DNA of 64,000 nucleotides from Candidatus Uhrbacteria bacterium CG_4_9_14_3_um_filter_41_35 (GTDB lineage Bacteria > Patescibacteriota > Patescibacteriia > UBA9934), in the NCBI GenBank assembly GCA_002791275.1, contig PFWT01000009.1, forward strand, positions 72,797 through 136,796, in the 5' to 3' direction. Below the pieces are notes generated by a model. That model was given only the letters and a program-made list of their open reading frames with translations. It was not told the DNA's origin and searched no databases. Position numbers and translations under genes: made by a program. Numbering within the stretch: the first letter of the stretch is position 1; every line of letters starts with the position of its first letter. This document shows, piece by piece, positions 38,687 to 47,797 of the stretch.

Positions 38687-39167
38687 GATGACCTCCGGTC
38701 ATTTATTTAAAGTCCCAGACAGGGGACTATAGTTTCCATAGTCAATTTCAGAATGAAAAAGACTGGATTATATATGTCGGTGAGAAATACACAATCCAGT
38801 CTTTTTAAGCATAATGATGCTTAATGCCTAATTACCCCAGGCTAGGGTCTCTCCTTGTGAAAACTACTGTTACAAGCACTGGTAGCTGTTTAAGTAGGTT
38901 TCTATAAATTGTGAATGGATGATCAAGGGCTCGTACCTCCTTTTCTCATCTTTACTATGATGATACAAATATACCATAAAATGAAGGTTTTGTCAATAGT
39001 AAATCTATATAATCCCCATAACATTAGCCAAATTATACACTTTTGACCGCCGGAACTTAACAAAAGTAATTCTAGATAGAATAGCCAAAATAGGTTAAAA
39101 ACCTGTCGTTTCAAATTTCCATCAAAGTTAAATACTTAACACCTATCTTTTATAATATGGTATTATT

Positions 39168-40583
39168 ATGGTGAAAAAAGATGTAATACTTTATATGAAA
39201 AATTCCCATTTATATACTCTTCTCACCGGAGCGCTTCTGGTTGGGGCGCCAATCAATGCTTTGGCTTTTGATTTCAATCCAAACTATATTTTATCCGACA
39301 GCGAGCTGCATGACTCATTTTCCATGGATCTAAACCAAATCCAGCACTTTCTTAGCCGTGGTTATCTTGAAAACTATGTTACCGAAGACTGGCAAGGTAA
39401 TCTAAAATACGCTTCAGACATTATCTGGCGAGCTGCGCAAAATAATCGAATCAATCCCAAATTCCTGCTGGTACTCCTTCAAAAAGAGCAGAGCCTGGTT
39501 GAAGACAACACCCCAACCGATCGTCAGCTCGACTGGGCAACCGGCTACGCTGTTTGCGATAATTGCAGTAAATCAGACCCAGCCATTCAAAGATGGAAAG
39601 GTTTTGGTAAACAGGTTAACTCCGCCGCAATGCAGTTTTCAGATGGTTATATGGCCGATATTGAAGCCGTTGGCTCAACCCAGGGGATTTACGGGCCAGA
39701 TATTCCTGTTATAATCGACAACCAAGTCTTGGTTCCAGAAAATGCCGCCACTGCCTCAATGTACGCCTACACGCCTCACATTCAGGGAAATCAAAACTTT
39801 GCTTTAATTTGGAACCGCTGGTTCAGTGTTCAGCACCCTACCGGAACTCTTGTTCAAGCAGAAGGCGAACCTGGTATTTATCTTATTGAGTTTGGTTACA
39901 AAAGACCAATTCATAGCTGGAGCGCCTTTATTTCAAGGTTCAACAAAGATTTAGTTATCACGGTTTCAAAATCTGCACTCGATAATTACCCTGACGGTCG
40001 AGCTATCGATTTCCCTAACTACTCACTGTTACAAGATGAAAATGGTGAGATCTATTTGCTAGTTAACGACTCACTCAGACACTTTGATTCACTCGAAACC
40101 TTTAAAAAAATTGGTTTCTCTGAAGACGAAATTGTTGAAATAAAAAACTCCGATGTTGCCGGTTTCGATCTTGGTGAAGAACTCACTTACAAATCCTCAA
40201 ATCCTCGCGGAGACCTACTGCAGTTAAACACAAACGGTGCGGTTTTCCACATTAAAGACGGTGTGAGGCACGCTATTAACGATCCTTCAATTTTAAAGGC
40301 TCGTTTTCCAAATGAAGCTGTAACTCAAGTTAGCCCTACCGTAGTTGAGCAGTACAAAGAGGGTCAGGCCCTAAATTTCCCTGATGGCTATTTAGTAAAG
40401 TCAGACGACGATCCAACTGTGTATGTAATCTCAGAGGGTAAGAAAAAACCAATTGTGAGTGGTGCTGTTTTCACCTCGTATGGTTGGGATTGGGCAGATA
40501 TTGTTACGGTTGATAAATACACATTAATGCTTCACGAAACAGGTTTATCAATCACAGACGCAGCTGACGGTTCAACCAATTAA
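39168..40583 (+). CDS. secreted protein with 3-4 degenerate ~60 aa tandem repeats
   Basis: 471 aa. A signal peptide (MKNSHLYTLLTGALLVGAPINALA, alternative ATG at 39195) is followed by an N-terminal domain with NPKFLLVLLQKEQSL. Repeats follow of the form hYhI-x2-G-x-KRPI...F, e.g. GIYLIEFGYKRPIHS, EIYLLVNDSLRHFDS, VFHIKDGVRHAINDPS and TVYVISEGKKKPIVS. Confidence 0.5.
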   Translation: MVKKDVILYMKNSHLYTLLTGALLVGAPINALAFDFNPNYILSDSELHDSFSMDLNQIQHFLSRGYLENYVTEDWQGNLKYASDIIWRAAQNNRINPKFLLVLLQKEQSLVEDNTPTDRQLDWATGYAVCDNCSKSDPAIQRWKGFGKQVNSAAMQFSDGYMADIEAVGSTQGIYGPDIPVIIDNQVLVPENAATASMYAYTPHIQGNQNFALIWNRWFSVQHPTGTLVQAEGEPGIYLIEFGYKRPIHSWSAFISRFNKDLVITVSKSALDNYPDGRAIDFPNYSLLQDENGEIYLLVNDSLRHFDSLETFKKIGFSEDEIVEIKNSDVAGFDLGEELTYKSSNPRGDLLQLNTNGAVFHIKDGVRHAINDPSILKARFPNEAVTQVSPTVVEQYKEGQALNFPDGYLVKSDDDPTVYVISEGKKKPIVSGAVFTSYGWDWADIVTVDKYTLMLHETGLSITDAADGSTN

Positions 40584-40622
40584 TGAAGCCCGGGTTTATA
40601 ATAAACTGCGAATCAATATCAC

Positions 40623-41414
40623 ATGTTAGTTTTCTCCGCATTTACACCTAATTCTCCCCTGCTACTGCCGGAGATCAACAAAGACAAAGCTCATCGACTC
40701 GAAAAAACGACCGAAGCTATGGCCGAGCTCGCTGATGAACTTTATGCCACGCATCCTGAAACTATAATTTTAATTTCAATGCACCCTACCATTTTTAATG
40801 GTAGCTTTTCTATTGCGCTTAAAGATCCATTCACTTTCGATCTTAGTGAGTTTGGAGAGCTAAGTTTTGATAAAAAAATCAAACCAGATATTGAACTCAT
40901 TAACGAACTCCAAGATTCACTCAGATCTCAAGGTCAACCGGTCACGCTTACTTCAGACGAAACTCTTAACTACGCCTCAGCTGTACCTTTGCAAATCCTG
41001 ACCGAAGATTTGAAAAATGTAAAACTTGTAGCAATTACCTATTCAGAACTCGACACAAAATCACATTTTCAGTTTGGTAATGCGTTAAAAGAAACTATTA
41101 TGAGTAGCGATAAACGCATTGCCGTTATTGCTGTGGGTGATATGTCGCACGCTCTTACAAACAATTCACCAGCCGATTTTCATCCAGACGGAGAAAAGTA
41201 CGACAAAAAAATTCAGGAGCTAATTGCCCAAAAAAATACCGTTGGTCTTATCAGTTTAGATGAGAAGCTAATTGAAAATGCCGTAGAAAATTCCTACAGA
41301 TCCCTTACAATTCTATTTGGATTACTCGACCGGATTTCAGTAAAGCCAGAAATTTTAAACTACGAAGCACCTTTTGGCGTTGGTTATTTAGTTGCTAACT
41401 TCGCAATCAAATAA
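40623..41414 (+). CDS. LigB/Memo-like (class III extradiol dioxygenase fold) protein
   Basis: 263 aa. ISMHPTIF and VGDMSHAL resemble the SAHW and SGNxxHNL motifs of YgiD/LigB-type proteins. The N-terminal GHGSP-type His appears replaced (FTPNSP). Confidence 0.45.
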   Translation: MLVFSAFTPNSPLLLPEINKDKAHRLEKTTEAMAELADELYATHPETIILISMHPTIFNGSFSIALKDPFTFDLSEFGELSFDKKIKPDIELINELQDSLRSQGQPVTLTSDETLNYASAVPLQILTEDLKNVKLVAITYSELDTKSHFQFGNALKETIMSSDKRIAVIAVGDMSHALTNNSPADFHPDGEKYDKKIQELIAQKNTVGLISLDEKLIENAVENSYRSLTILFGLLDRISVKPEILNYEAPFGVGYLVANFAIK

Positions 41415-41415
41415 T

Positions 41416-43149
41416 ATGTTTGCCGAAATTTATCCTTTGGTAAGAATGCCGAGGAGGTTCGGTCATTTTGATTATTCTATTCCTGCTAATCTTTCGCTTC
41501 AGGCAGGAGATTTGGTCGAAATAAGTTTCCGAAATAGAATCATTCGCGGAGTTGTAAAAAAAACTAAGGCAACGACTACTGTTAAAAAAACTTTACCCGT
41601 AGTTTCAATTCTGATAAAGAATTTAATGAATGCAGATGATATTGCACGATTTGAAACAATTGCCCGCGCCGTAGTTCAATCACCATCAACGATTCTTCAC
41701 AGTGCACTTGGTCAACTTCGTAACCGTAATAACTTAGTCCAGTCCAATGTTTTTAAGAGCCAACCTTTTTCGGTTTCAAAAGAAATTGTAAAAGATATTC
41801 AAAAAATCTTAAAGGATACGAACGAGGATGTTAACGAAGTATTTTTTCAAACCTCAAACGAAGGTGCCTTTGCGCTGATTTCAGTTTTACGAAAAAAATT
41901 CAAAAATCAAATCCTGATCGTTGCACCACGAGAAAAATTAACCACTGAACTCATAGGGTTAATCGACCTAGGCGATTCCGCCCAAATCTTGCACGGTCAC
42001 ACTAAACCCAGGGATCGAGAAGCGATAATTAAGGCCTGGGCACAAGGTACAATTAAAACCCTAATTGGTAGTCGCCAGGTGTCAACCTTGCCAGCAAAAA
42101 AAATTGATGCAATTATAATTCTCGAAAGCGCCAGCGACGACTACACCCATCTTGAAAGAAATCCCAGAGTGGACCCAAGACGAGCTGTTGAACTGCTCAA
42201 AACTCAGCACTCCGCAAAACTGTTTTATACATCGTACGTGCCAAGCTTAGAGACAATTTACAAAAAAATTCCTTTATTTCTATGTGATCTTCCTAAACCA
42301 ATAGTGATTAATCTTGAGGCACAGGAAGAAAACATTGGCGTACCTTTTCTAACAGATCAGCTATTTAAAGCCATCTATACATCTTTACAAAACCGTAAAT
42401 CTGTGTTACTTTCATTTAACCGCAAGGGAGTTGCAAATAGACTTCAATGTGCTAAATGTGACCATATTCCAACCTGCGGTTCCTGTGGTTCAGTACCGAT
42501 TGTGCGAACTGATGATCTTGCCTGTCCTAACTGCGGAGTTGAGATGTGGATACCGGCTAAATGCCCAGGGTGCAATAGCGATCGTCTAAAACAACGTGGT
42601 ATTGGTAACAAGCGACTAAAGACAGAGATTCAAAAACAGTTTCCAGAAGTAACTGTCGGGATAGTTGATAAAAGTACTAATGAATCTAATGCAGATATAA
42701 TTATTGTTACCGAGTTTTTTTTCAAAAACTTACTCCACACCTTTCCACAAAAAAAATTCGGGGTTGTGGCAGAACTGAGTTTTGACAACGCGCTGATTGG
42801 CAATGATTTCCGGGCTTCTGAATACGCAACCTTTAAACTGTTTAGACTAATGACGATTGCCGAGCAACAAAACGCAACCTGTCTTATTCAAACTTGGGTT
42901 CCGGAGGTGGTGAGGAGCATGCTCAACATTCAAAAATATTTGCTCAGTGAACTTTCTCTGAGAGAAAAATACAGACTCCCACCAATATCTATTTTAGCTA
43001 CAATAACAAATAAGAAAGATAAACTTGAAGATACAGGGACTGTTAATCAAGAAAATCTGCCCGAATTATTTAATAAACCAGATGAAGAAACGATCTTTAT
43101 CGACACCGCATCATATGAGCCATTTAGAAGTACTGAAAAATCCGAATAA
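41416..43149 (+). CDS. priA: primosomal protein N' (PriA)-like, helicase motifs degenerate
   Basis: 577 aa. It has the PriA N-terminal 3'-DNA-binding domain start (MFAEIYPLVRMPRRFGHFDYSIP...GDLVEISF) and the four-CxxC zinc-binding insert (CAKCDHIPTCGSC...CPNCG...CPGCNSD). Co-linearity with def-fmt supports orthology. Walker A, DEEH and GSATP positions read TSNEGAFA, LESASD and TSYVP. Confidence 0.7.
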   Translation: MFAEIYPLVRMPRRFGHFDYSIPANLSLQAGDLVEISFRNRIIRGVVKKTKATTTVKKTLPVVSILIKNLMNADDIARFETIARAVVQSPSTILHSALGQLRNRNNLVQSNVFKSQPFSVSKEIVKDIQKILKDTNEDVNEVFFQTSNEGAFALISVLRKKFKNQILIVAPREKLTTELIGLIDLGDSAQILHGHTKPRDREAIIKAWAQGTIKTLIGSRQVSTLPAKKIDAIIILESASDDYTHLERNPRVDPRRAVELLKTQHSAKLFYTSYVPSLETIYKKIPLFLCDLPKPIVINLEAQEENIGVPFLTDQLFKAIYTSLQNRKSVLLSFNRKGVANRLQCAKCDHIPTCGSCGSVPIVRTDDLACPNCGVEMWIPAKCPGCNSDRLKQRGIGNKRLKTEIQKQFPEVTVGIVDKSTNESNADIIIVTEFFFKNLLHTFPQKKFGVVAELSFDNALIGNDFRASEYATFKLFRLMTIAEQQNATCLIQTWVPEVVRSMLNIQKYLLSELSLREKYRLPPISILATITNKKDKLEDTGTVNQENLPELFNKPDEETIFIDTASYEPFRSTEKSE

Positions 43150-43603
43150 AGAGCTTCGCGAAACCTCGCGCGTGCTTTCTGTTGTGGAAATTCTTTCTGA
43201 GAAGTACCAAACCTTAGCAGACAATATGATTCAAACCACCAAAGAAGAAAATGGCGTTGGTCTTGCTGCTCCACAGATCGGTGAACATGTACGTTTAATT
43301 ATTTGTGATACTGGCAAAGAACTAGTGCCATTTTTCAACCCCATTATTACTGATTTTTCAACTAAACTAATGGTTAGCGAAGAAGGCTGTCTTTCGATTC
43401 CTGGTGTTTTTGGCTTAGTAAACCGTCATCGAACGGTTAAGGTTGAGGCGCTAACGAGAGATGGTGAGAAAATAAAGCTAACCGCAGGTGGGCTAATTTC
43501 TACTATTTTTCAACATGAAATTGATCACTTAGACGGGATTTTATTTATTGATCGAGCTACGATTTTAAAGGATGCCAAAACCGGTAAACGCATCGAGATA
43601 TAA
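43115..43603 (+). CDS. def: peptide deformylase
   Basis: The ATG at 43115 is preferred; the track start at 43025 overlaps priA. It carries the three PDF motifs GVGLAAPQIG, EGCLSIPG and QHEIDHLDG. Confidence 0.9.
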   Translation: MSHLEVLKNPNKELRETSRVLSVVEILSEKYQTLADNMIQTTKEENGVGLAAPQIGEHVRLIICDTGKELVPFFNPIITDFSTKLMVSEEGCLSIPGVFGLVNRHRTVKVEALTRDGEKIKLTAGGLISTIFQHEIDHLDGILFIDRATILKDAKTGKRIEI

Positions 43604-43606
43604 TTT

Positions 43607-44563
43607 ATGAATATAGTATTTTTCGGCACACCAGATTTTGCCAGAGATTTTTTAAAAGAGCTCTATGAAGATCAAGATATAAATATTTGTGCAGTCGTTG
43701 CTCAAAGTGACAAACCGGTTGGCCGAAAACAAATACTCACTCCCCCTGCTACAAAAGTATTTGCCCTGCAAAACAATATTCCAGTCTTGCAACCTGAAAA
43801 ACTTAAGGATCAAGCGGTACTAGAAGAGCTCAAGAAGTTTAATGCTGATATTTTTGTTATCGTGGCCTACGGAAAAATTATTCCACAAAATATTCTAGAT
43901 ATACCAAAACTTGGTAATATAAACGTTCACCCTTCAAAATTACCAAAATATCGCGGTCCTTCACCTTTACAGGCTGTAATTGAGGCCGGAGATTCAGAAA
44001 CTGCAATTTCAGTAATGTTAATCGATGATAAAATGGACCACGGTCCTTTACTAGCTCAGCAAACTCTAAAACTCGATGCACAAGAAACGCCGGAAACGCT
44101 ACGTGCTAAAGTTGTAACGATTGGCAGTCCACTCTTGGTAGCCACACTAAAAAATTTCGTTGCAGGTAAAATCATCCCACAAGATCAAGATCACGAAAAA
44201 GCAACTTTCTGTAAACTGCTCGAAAAAGAAGATGGTGAAATAGACTGGCACATACCAGCTGAAATCATAGAACGTCGGCGCAGAGCATACGATCCTTGGC
44301 CGGGCGTCTACACCAATTTAAGTTTCGAAGATGCGGGTAAGGTTCAGAAAATAAAAATCCACTCCTTGAAATTTATTAGTCCGGATTGGTTTAGTGAAAG
44401 TCTAAAGCCTGGTGAGGTCCGAATTTATGAAAAAAGACTACTTGTCGGAACCGCAACAGTGCCAATTGAGATATTAAAACTTCAACCTGAAAACAAAGCA
44501 GTTATGGACGCAAAAGCCTACATTAATGGCAATCAGGAAATCAATGGAAAAATACTTGGGTAA
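43607..44563 (+). CDS. fmt: methionyl-tRNA formyltransferase
   Basis: 318 aa starting MNIVFFGTPDFA. It has the formyltransferase N domain with the HPS motif and a C-terminal tRNA-binding domain, and sits directly after def. Confidence 0.9.
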   Translation: MNIVFFGTPDFARDFLKELYEDQDINICAVVAQSDKPVGRKQILTPPATKVFALQNNIPVLQPEKLKDQAVLEELKKFNADIFVIVAYGKIIPQNILDIPKLGNINVHPSKLPKYRGPSPLQAVIEAGDSETAISVMLIDDKMDHGPLLAQQTLKLDAQETPETLRAKVVTIGSPLLVATLKNFVAGKIIPQDQDHEKATFCKLLEKEDGEIDWHIPAEIIERRRRAYDPWPGVYTNLSFEDAGKVQKIKIHSLKFISPDWFSESLKPGEVRIYEKRLLVGTATVPIEILKLQPENKAVMDAKAYINGNQEINGKILG

Positions 44564-44578
44564 ACCCAAGTATTTTTA
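44551..44578 (+). terminator. intrinsic terminator overlapping the fmt stop codon
   Basis: A 10 bp stem aatacttggg/cccaagtatt is followed by T5, with the TAA stop in the loop. Confidence 0.55.
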
Positions 44579-44636
44579 ATAAAAAAATCCGTCATTCCTG
44601 ACAGATTGAGCCGTGAGTTAAGTTAACGAACCCGCG

Positions 44637-45221
44637 TCATCCCTGCGTTTCTCGCTGTAACTCCAGCCAGTCGTCGCGCATAATGGCGAGAACTACCTCA
44701 TCGAGATATTTTCCAGTCCTAAAAACCTTTTTCCGCAGAAGTCCCTCTCGAACATAGCCACAGGCTTCCTGGCATTTGATTGAGGCTTTGTTTTCTGCAA
44801 TGACAGCCGTTTCGATTCGGCGAAGGTTCATTTCCATAAAGGCATGCCTGAGCAGAAGCTTTTTTGCCTCCTTGGCGTAACCCTTATTCCAACAATCAAC
44901 CTCACCGATCATTGTTCCCGTGGTTCCAGTACGATCAATCCAGTTGATATTGTGGATTCCCATAGTCCCAATAGCACGGTCGGCTTCCTTCAGAACAATA
45001 ACAAATATACGGTGGTTGGCTGATCCCATCATTTGCCTCAGGAACTCAGCCTCCTGCAGTTTCGAAATCGGACCTCGAGTAACAAGGTATCTTCGCACCT
45101 CTGGGTCATTAATCCATCTTTGGAAATTGTGAACATCCTCCATCTCAATCGGGCGAAGGTACAGCCGATCACCATCAAGAAATAAGACTCGACTACGCTT
45201 CGATACGTTAATCTTGTTCAT
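44637..45221 (-). CDS. GNAT-family N-acetyltransferase (RimJ/RimL-like)
   Basis: 194 aa with an acetyl-CoA binding motif region (RIETAVIAENKASIKCQEACGY). GC is visibly higher (about 47-48%) than its neighbours. Confidence 0.8.
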   Translation of the reverse strand: MNKINVSKRSRVLFLDGDRLYLRPIEMEDVHNFQRWINDPEVRRYLVTRGPISKLQEAEFLRQMMGSANHRIFVIVLKEADRAIGTMGIHNINWIDRTGTTGTMIGEVDCWNKGYAKEAKKLLLRHAFMEMNLRRIETAVIAENKASIKCQEACGYVREGLLRKKVFRTGKYLDEVVLAIMRDDWLELQRETQG

Positions 45222-45275
45222 CTTACCTCCAGTAGTTGAGGTTAACAGTTTTTTTTTCTAATGTCAAGCATTTTA

Positions 45276-46889
45276 TCAGCCTTCAATCTTGCTACCTAAG
45301 ACTGGGCTCATCTTTACAACATTTCTGACCTGAGCTATTTGTGTCTTTTTACTCATTAAACGTTTCTTTTCCATACCTTTAAAATCTATAAAAGGCACCA
45401 CGAAAATCATATATGCGAAACCTATTGGATGATTCAAATAAGGTGAGAAGATATTACTGATAAACAAAATTACGAGTCCACCACCTAAACCTAAAACTAG
45501 CCAACTATGACCGTGATTGTTCATTGTAAAACGCACTCCAACCATCATTACGGCAAAATACCAGGCAAAAGCAATTAAGCCCAAAATTCCCATCTTCAAC
45601 CACAAATCCTGGTACCCCCACTCAAATCTATAAGTAGTCACCACCCCACCCTCATAAGCTGACCGCACACGAGGATCGTCTGAGGTATAAGTAACTTCAT
45701 GGCCAAAGCCATTACCTACAATCGGTGCCTGCCATATGTCTGTCATCATTGGTGTAAGTAGTGACCAGCGACTCGAAACAGCTACCTCCCTATTGGTATC
45801 TGACGAGGTCGAATAAAAAACGGCGTCTTGTATATTTGGCTGAGCAGGAAATGGAAAAATAACCGTAAACAATGCTAGACCAAAACCTAATAAACCTAAA
45901 CCGATTGCCTTAAATAATCTTTTTCCAATATTGAAAATTGGCCTCTTACCCTCAAAAAAAGCTAGGCACCAAATAATAAACAATGCGCTACCAAGTCCCA
46001 ATATAAAACTTCGAGACATCGATAAGAGAGTGGTAGAAACTGTACCAATTACTAAAATCGAAACTAAATCAGGTAGTTTTTGATTACGCCACATAATCAT
46101 CATACTTGAAAATAATACCGAAAGCGCAATCACAACAAATATTTGCGATTGCATAAATATTCGGTACCAGTACCCACTACCACCAAGGAGTTGTGCGCCT
46201 AAATGATTAGTAACCTCCCCATTATTATTAGCAACTGTTTGTAATGTAACCTCTGCTAAGCGCGAATCGCGCACAAATGTGTAGATGTGACTCAAAATTT
46301 TACCATCAAGGTGCGTAAACAAATATGAAAGTAGGAGCGTGAATATAACCAGCCAAACAGTGGAGCCTGTAAAAACTTGCAGTAGCTCCCGTTTTTTTAA
46401 TTGATTCCAGTTTATAGAAATGACCGGCAATAAATAAAAAATTGTTAAATATCCGTTCATGTCATCGAACGCTTTTGAAAAATCATTTTTTAAAAAACCA
46501 ACCCCAGTCCCCAAAACAATGGCAACGAGTAAAATGAGCCAAGGTGTGTCTCTGAACGAATCAAACTTAATTGTGAGCTTCTTAGTTAACAGAAGGTAGA
46601 GCCAAGCTAGCATCACCGCTGAAAAAATCACAATTCTAATTGAAACCGAAAAACCCAAAATAGACGCTTCAATCAAGTGCCCATGACCACCCACAAAAAT
46701 TTCAGTGAACGCAAGTAAAAGCCCAGTGGAAAGAGATTCTTTCGATACAAAAAGTGTTATTAAACTAATTCCGATTAAAACTGGCAGTTCAAACCCAGAA
46801 CCTCTCACTACAATCGCTATTAAGTGCATCCCCACTATTAGCAGAAGTATTTGCCAAGTTAGTTTCCCAAAGAATTGTTTTGAAAACAT
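45276..46889 (-). CDS. polytopic membrane protein, O-antigen polymerase/ligase (Wzy)-like
   Basis: 537 aa with at least 10 predicted TM helices and a large periplasmic loop. It lies at the 3' end of a Wzx-GT4-GT2 gene string. Confidence 0.5.
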   Translation of the reverse strand: MFSKQFFGKLTWQILLLIVGMHLIAIVVRGSGFELPVLIGISLITLFVSKESLSTGLLLAFTEIFVGGHGHLIEASILGFSVSIRIVIFSAVMLAWLYLLLTKKLTIKFDSFRDTPWLILLVAIVLGTGVGFLKNDFSKAFDDMNGYLTIFYLLPVISINWNQLKKRELLQVFTGSTVWLVIFTLLLSYLFTHLDGKILSHIYTFVRDSRLAEVTLQTVANNNGEVTNHLGAQLLGGSGYWYRIFMQSQIFVVIALSVLFSSMMIMWRNQKLPDLVSILVIGTVSTTLLSMSRSFILGLGSALFIIWCLAFFEGKRPIFNIGKRLFKAIGLGLLGFGLALFTVIFPFPAQPNIQDAVFYSTSSDTNREVAVSSRWSLLTPMMTDIWQAPIVGNGFGHEVTYTSDDPRVRSAYEGGVVTTYRFEWGYQDLWLKMGILGLIAFAWYFAVMMVGVRFTMNNHGHSWLVLGLGGGLVILFISNIFSPYLNHPIGFAYMIFVVPFIDFKGMEKKRLMSKKTQIAQVRNVVKMSPVLGSKIEG

Positions 46890-46908
46890 ATTTATAAATA
46901 AATATAAA

Positions 46909-47793
46909 CTATTTTTTTATAAGTGCTACAAGGTGACCAAGCCCGATAAAGACTGGTGATAAAATCCACAAAAATAGCCAAGCTGGAATGCCGACGTGTT
47001 TTTTTACATATTTTCGCAAACTCTCCCGCATCCACTTCTGTTTTTTCAGTGTCGGGATTTGCTCAAACATATGGCCTTTAATATGAGTGATCTCCGTATC
47101 CGAATAGTGTCTTATTTTCCAGCCAGCATCGTGGGCCATTTTGCAATAATCCACTTCTTCAAACCAAATAAAATATCGTTCATCAAAATAGCCAATATCA
47201 TTAATAAGTTCCCGGCGAATCCACATAAACGCACCCATTATCGAATCCACATCTTGAGTTTCAAGCGGATCTGCGTCCCGCATCATATATTTATCCACGG
47301 CTTTGGTTTTCAAAAAATGCGGAACTTTCAGCATTACCAAAGTCTGATCTAACAGTTTTGGGAATCTGCGGATACTGTCCTGTATCTCACCGCCCGGGTA
47401 CTTAATCAAACAACTGCCAACGCCAACCTCTGGATTATGATCGAGTTTTTCTGCCATCTGCGCTAAAACGCTTTCACCGAATTTTGTGTCGGGGTTAAGA
47501 AGCAACATATAGCGTGCCAAACCTCGTTTCATTCCTAAATTAACCGCTGCTGCAAATCCAAGGTTGGCACTGTTCTTAATATATTTTGCGTAGCTGTATT
47601 GTTTTACTAGTGCCTCAGTATCTTCACGACCCGCGTTGTCGACCACGATCATCTCATATTTAATATCAACCGACATTTCAACGGAGTCAAAGCACTGTTT
47701 TAACAGCTCAAGCTCTTCTTTATAAGTTACAATAACAATCGAAACATCGGGTACTTCACTGTCGAGGATTGGCTTGATTTCGTTTTCAATCAT
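46909..47793 (-). CDS. glycosyltransferase family 2
   Basis: 294 aa with VSIVIVTYKEE...VVDNAG..D and DxD-type motifs. Confidence 0.8.
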   Translation of the reverse strand: MIENEIKPILDSEVPDVSIVIVTYKEELELLKQCFDSVEMSVDIKYEMIVVDNAGREDTEALVKQYSYAKYIKNSANLGFAAAVNLGMKRGLARYMLLLNPDTKFGESVLAQMAEKLDHNPEVGVGSCLIKYPGGEIQDSIRRFPKLLDQTLVMLKVPHFLKTKAVDKYMMRDADPLETQDVDSIMGAFMWIRRELINDIGYFDERYFIWFEEVDYCKMAHDAGWKIRHYSDTEITHIKGHMFEQIPTLKKQKWMRESLRKYVKKHVGIPAWLFLWILSPVFIGLGHLVALIKK

Positions 47794-47797
47794 ATAG

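Noticed and set aside
38023-38710. Five overlapping ORFs in the high-GC island (38023..38235, 38265..38468, 38410..38628, 38432..38710, 38505..38702)
   Set aside because: Stop-codon depletion in over 60% GC sequence creates open frames in all six phases. Their translations are Arg/Pro/Gly-rich. Only the 38159..38686 minus frame has a coherent signal-peptide/lipobox architecture.
38923-39114. 63 aa ORF in the AT-rich divergent promoter region
   Set aside because: It has a low-complexity translation (LLLLSSGG..., IIIVKMRKGG), no start context, and sits where two divergent promoters are expected.
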